Source: Candidatus Hermodarchaeota archaeon
GTDB lineage: Archaea; Asgardarchaeota; Thorarchaeia; Thorarchaeales; Thorarchaeaceae
DNA length: 22,002 bases
Direction of reading: 5' to 3'
Assembly (NCBI GenBank): GCA_048885865.1
Contig: JBHLLF010000042.1
Location: 1 to 22,002 of the forward strand
The notes under the pieces: generated by a model
What the model was told of the DNA's origin: nothing
Seen by the model: the letters and a program-made list of their open reading frames with translations, nothing else
Databases searched by the model: none
Position numbers and translations under genes: made by a program
Part shown: positions 18,824 to 22,002 of the stretch, piece after piece
How positions within the stretch are numbered: the stretch's first letter is position 1
Layout: every line of letters begins with the position of its first letter

Positions 18824-19003
18824 TTGAGCGCGCTGAGAAACTGACTGTGGGATATAACAAGATCTCTCCCTGATTCTGACGTATATGAGAGTGTAGAGAC
18901 CTCTGTCTTATCGATTCTGTAGCGATTACTCCAGCTGGAGTCTGCCTCGGTGTGAGATAATCTTGCGCGCTTGAAGGTCACCATATACTGCTTTTAACGC
19001 CCA

Positions 19004-19205
19004 GCCATCAAATCCGGAATTGAGTGCTTCACTAGCTTTCTCATAAAAGTCCCTGTAACTTAGTTCTTCTACTAGGAGTTTATCATTCAGATGCGTTCGG
19101 TCTATGAAACATCAATGTCTGAGGGAGATGGTCGAAAGTATCAGGTGAAGCATCATCTAGAATTGAATAAGGTCGATATATCAGTGCCACTCGGAAACGC
19201 CGAGT
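19004..19205. repeat. Structured direct repeat, copy 2 (core 19066-19205 highly similar; 5' arm diverged and shorter)
   Basis: 19066-19152 differs from 21816-21902 at 5 of 87 positions. It has the same GATATATCA-N6-CTCGG-N5-CCGAG end, and its 5' GCCATC...CGGA matches the start of copies 1 and 3. Confidence 0.9.
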
Positions 19206-19216
19206 TTTCTTTTTTG
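19189..19216 (+). terminator. Possible terminator: hairpin followed by T-rich tract
   Basis: ACTCGG-aaacg-CCGAGT followed by TTTCTTTTTTG at the 3' end of repeat copy 2. Confidence 0.35.
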
Positions 19217-19272
19217 CTTATACAGCGGAAAACCTGGGCTATTCTGATCAGAATCGTGAAGGATATGCGAAA

Positions 19273-19737
19273 CTACTGAGTAAGAGAACCATAGTGCCTG
19301 AAGACTTCCATCCATAGAAAGGTCAAGGCTGACATGCCTATGGCCAAGGCAAACACATTGTGTGCGCCAAAATCGAATGGTGTTGTGACAGCATATACAA
19401 TTACCAACACCGTCACAAATGATGCATAGAATGTCATCCGAGGGACAGCACCATGTTCAAAGAAGAGATAGTTTTCAAGAAAGCCAAGGTCGGCATCAGG
19501 ATTGACGATGAAATCGCCCTCAGATGTCTTAAGTGAGAGTTTCTGTTGGGTTAACTTCTCGAGATGGTAAAGCCCAACACTTGGACTGCTTAATTTGAGT
19601 CGCTTCGTTAGTTCTCTGGGTCCTATGGGTCGCCGAATACTAAGTAGAACCATGAAGACCTTCCAAGTGGTTTCACCCAACTGAAACACGATTGGCAACT
19701 TTTTCGACCTTCTTAGATATGACACCATCCAAACCAC
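19273..19737 (-). CDS. Membrane-tethered winged helix-turn-helix transcriptional regulator (wHTH + 2 C-terminal TM helices)
   Basis: GETTWKVFMVLL..RPIGPRELTKRLKLSSPSVGLYHLEKL....GDFIV (archaeal wHTH) followed by two hydrophobic helices. True start probably a few codons downstream of 19737; overlaps the end of the upstream gene. Confidence 0.85.
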   Translation of the reverse strand: MVWMVSYLRRSKKLPIVFQLGETTWKVFMVLLSIRRPIGPRELTKRLKLSSPSVGLYHLEKLTQQKLSLKTSEGDFIVNPDADLGFLENYLFFEHGAVPRMTFYASFVTVLVIVYAVTTPFDFGAHNVFALAIGMSALTFLWMEVFRHYGSLTQ

Positions 19738-21622
19738 TTCGCTTCTTTATCCTCTTATGCCCTTGATATATCAGTATCTGGAAACCCCAAAGAACTGGGG
19801 CAGCTGCTGCAAGAATAAAGCCAATTGATATCCCAAGCGGAAATGGAGTAAAGATAAGGGTCAAGACTCCAAGACAGAGTGGGAGTAAAATGTATGCTGC
19901 ATAATAGAAATTCAATTTCCACTTGCTAGACCATCCAATATGCATTGCTGCTCCGTATAGTGGAAACCAGAAAATGATTACTCGAATTAGACCATCTATT
20001 AGAATGGTGTTTCGTATCAGAGGCAGTGCAAGAGAATTCGCAGTGAAATCAATGCTAATTGCAATTGGAGGGTATAAAGCTCTGACAAGCATAAAGGAAT
20101 CACCTGCATAGAACGATCCTTCGGGATTCATGGGGAAGAATGAAATAAACCAAGGAAGGAAGATGCTGATGCCAATGAGCAATGTTGGCCAAAAACGTGT
20201 ATCTCTCACAATCCGTTCCCAATTCCTGCTCGCCCCAGGCCTTCGTAGATTCAGAATCGCACCACCTAGGAGCGCCAAACCAAAGACTGATAGAAGCAAT
20301 TCCCCTGTTGATAGCAGAATGCCAAAAAAGGAGAATAAGGGCATATGAAGATGAATATCAATGTTCATGGGTCCAGAAATGGATATTGTTTCTCTACCAG
20401 CATAATCCATTCTGGGCAGCATATAATCAGCATAATTCATTCTGGAAGGAATCTGTAGAGTAATGATTAGTATGTCACCACGGTTCGGAATGCAAATAGT
20501 CTGAGGAAAGGGAGAGGGCAACATGAAGCTATGGTAAAGACTGATATCGTATAAGAGGACCCCAGGTTGCTCTAGATTGACTACTAGATAGGGGATATCC
20601 GGAGTTATCAAGAGATTCACGAAAACCATTTCGAATCTCATGCTCAGGTGTGTGCAAGTGTTTGGTGCTATATTGATTGAAATTGGATATGTCTGATTAA
20701 CCCAACCAAATCCATAGGTGCCCGCTATGCCTGAATAGTTACCTGCAGAAACATATACTGTGTCATTGGTCCTGAAAGGCAGAAGTAAACCCCAACGTTC
20801 TGGGTCTCCTTGAGTGGTCAGGTTAACCGCGGGCCATTCTGCTATGCCCTTCTCAATCTTTGCTTCATAGATGCTAGAGCCTTCAGTATTTTGAACATCT
20901 ACGCGCAATAACGAAAGAGGAGTGCTTGAAGAAGCTGTAATGGTTACATTGTTAATGATGACAGATGCCATGTTAGGCAAATTCGTGCCCATTGGAACTA
21001 TACCAATCCTCAATCGAGCCTGCACAAGCCACACGGAGGACCAGTGATTGTATATCCAGTCTGCATCCAGATCCAGATTGAACTGGGTTGAGTCACCGGT
21101 AGTGAGGCTGTATTCTCTCTGAGAACCACTATAACTTGGATGATCAACCGCGCGATAATAGTGGACTCCAACACGAACCTCAACGGGACCACGCAGGACA
21201 TCCAAATCTAGGGAGAATGTAACTTGCTCATAATCCCGGGTATTGAGGTTGAAGTGATAATCTGAGATGATAGCAACATTGGAGAGATCTATTTGAACCC
21301 CTGACATGTGTGGAGTCCTCTCGACTATTGGAAGACCCTCATTTATGGAACGGAACTCCGTTTGCCAACCAGAATCAGGATCAAAACTAGAGCCATTTTG
21401 AAGGGTCAATTCAGCACGTGACTGTAGTGAGGCAACAGTGACATTCGAACCTGCTGTTCCGGCTGCGGGAGTACTGGTAACATCAAAATGAGGCTCAACA
21501 ACATCAGGCACGGCAATATTGATTGCTACTCCTAGAAGGCTGGCTAATATAGCTCCAACTATTGCGGTATGAATGAGACGCCGGCCTAATCCAGGACGGT
21601 CTTGCGCCTTTTTGTGAGCCAT
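19673..21622 (-). CDS. Large membrane protein: N-terminal TM/signal, ~400-aa beta-rich extracellular region, multi-TM C-terminus
   Basis: Long ORF with likely ATG at 21622 (MAHKK...). Basic N-terminus plus hydrophobic helix, several N-x-S/T sequons (NVT, NGS, NIT, NLT, NDT, NYS, NQT), about 5-6 C-terminal TM segments. Confidence 0.85.
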   Translation of the reverse strand: MAHKKAQDRPGLGRRLIHTAIVGAILASLLGVAINIAVPDVVEPHFDVTSTPAAGTAGSNVTVASLQSRAELTLQNGSSFDPDSGWQTEFRSINEGLPIVERTPHMSGVQIDLSNVAIISDYHFNLNTRDYEQVTFSLDLDVLRGPVEVRVGVHYYRAVDHPSYSGSQREYSLTTGDSTQFNLDLDADWIYNHWSSVWLVQARLRIGIVPMGTNLPNMASVIINNVTITASSSTPLSLLRVDVQNTEGSSIYEAKIEKGIAEWPAVNLTTQGDPERWGLLLPFRTNDTVYVSAGNYSGIAGTYGFGWVNQTYPISINIAPNTCTHLSMRFEMVFVNLLITPDIPYLVVNLEQPGVLLYDISLYHSFMLPSPFPQTICIPNRGDILIITLQIPSRMNYADYMLPRMDYAGRETISISGPMNIDIHLHMPLFSFFGILLSTGELLLSVFGLALLGGAILNLRRPGASRNWERIVRDTRFWPTLLIGISIFLPWFISFFPMNPEGSFYAGDSFMLVRALYPPIAISIDFTANSLALPLIRNTILIDGLIRVIIFWFPLYGAAMHIGWSSKWKLNFYYAAYILLPLCLGVLTLIFTPFPLGISIGFILAAAAPVLWGFQILIYQGHKRIKKRSGLDGVISKKVEKVANRVSVG

Positions 21623-21709
21623 GATTCTTTCATGCAACCCAGTAGCCGCAGTTCACTTCAATCTAGAGTTTAGAACACCCCAGAATTCCTCAGTCTATCG
21701 GAAAATCTG

Positions 21710-21955
21710 TTGAACTCTGCCATCTGCTCGGACCTCTCGTCAGTGTCGCTCACACCTGACTACAAGTAACTCTTTGGATTTGTGCCATGCCTTGACAACA
21801 TCTGAACGAGATGCACTTCTACTAGGAGTTTATTATTCAGATGCGTTCGGTCGATGAAACATCAACGTCTAAGGGAGATGGTCGAAAGTATCGGGTGAAG
21901 CAGCATCCGAAACAGATGAAGGTCGATATATCAATGACACTCGGAAATTCCGAGT
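21710..21955. repeat. Structured direct repeat, copy 3 (includes duplicated uvrB RBS and first 14 nt)
   Basis: TTGAACTCTGCCATCTGCTCGGACCTCT is identical to 16385-16412. Ends in GATATATCA-atgaca-CTCGGAAATTCCGAGT. Confidence 0.95.
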
Positions 21956-22002
21956 CTACTCAGGAATCTTTTCTATCACAGCTCTCATCGCTTTCCGGTA
22001 TT

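Noticed and set aside
17642-18905. 11-bp direct repeat AGAGACCTCTG flanking the LRR gene, and GATTTGTGCCA near 17655 matching repeat copy 3
   Set aside because: Matches are short enough to be chance and do not extend.
19091-19279. 62-aa + strand ORF (and 16345..16533)
   Set aside because: Lies within the non-coding repeat. Frame and start are not preserved among the three copies (indels), and there is no RBS.
16385-21955. Canonical integron attC array
   Set aside because: A GTT(C/A)AA occurs at one edge, but there is no complementary R'' box pairing with it at the other end. The fold is multibranched and longer than typical attC, and no IntI is present. Kept only as an analogy.
16385-21955. 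CRISPR array
   Set aside because: Repeats are ~200-245 nt and separated by kilobase gene-containing segments; no cas genes are present.
21719-21955. Known RNAs (SRP RNA, RNase P RNA, hammerhead ribozyme, group I/II intron, cobalamin riboswitch, tRNA)
   Set aside because: Only fragmentary resemblances were found: TCAGGTGAAGCA lacks the SRP helix 8 GNRA loop, GACTAC has no TAGTC partner, and minus-strand CTGACGA is not conserved in copy 1. The required conserved cores are missing.

Overview
Archaeal chromosomal segment, most likely Asgard (Thorarchaeia-like). That assignment is an inference from the 24-aa 'IDLxPLSSC' LRR protein, the membrane-tethered wHTH regulator and AGGTGA/GAGGT ribosome-binding sites. 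Left part (1-6212): nitrilase-family hydrolase (partial), MazG-like pyrophosphatase, acidic membrane protein, TPR protein, surface-anchored phospholipase D-family enzyme, small hypothetical protein, 2x[4Fe-4S] ferredoxin and an APC permease. Centre (6214-16398, minus strand): a bacterial-type nucleotide excision repair cluster, uvrB-uvrA-uvrA-(TPR/Cys4 protein)-uvrC, with two full-length tandem uvrA paralogues coupled by 4-nt overlaps. Right part (16385-22002): an accessory region punctuated by three direct copies of a ~200-245 nt non-coding element (16385-16628, ~19004-19205, 21710-21955). The element folds by eye into a conserved multi-stem structure with many G-U pairs on the + strand. It ends in GATATATCA-N6-CTCGG-N5-CCGAG, and in two copies it includes the uvrB RBS and first 14 nt. 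The copies bracket two ~2.4-2.5 kb two-gene cargo modules. Module A is an amber-interrupted zinc-ribbon membrane gene plus an LRR gene. Module B is a large surface membrane protein plus a membrane-bound wHTH regulator. This structured-repeat/cassette array at the uvrB 5' end is the most interesting signal in the window.
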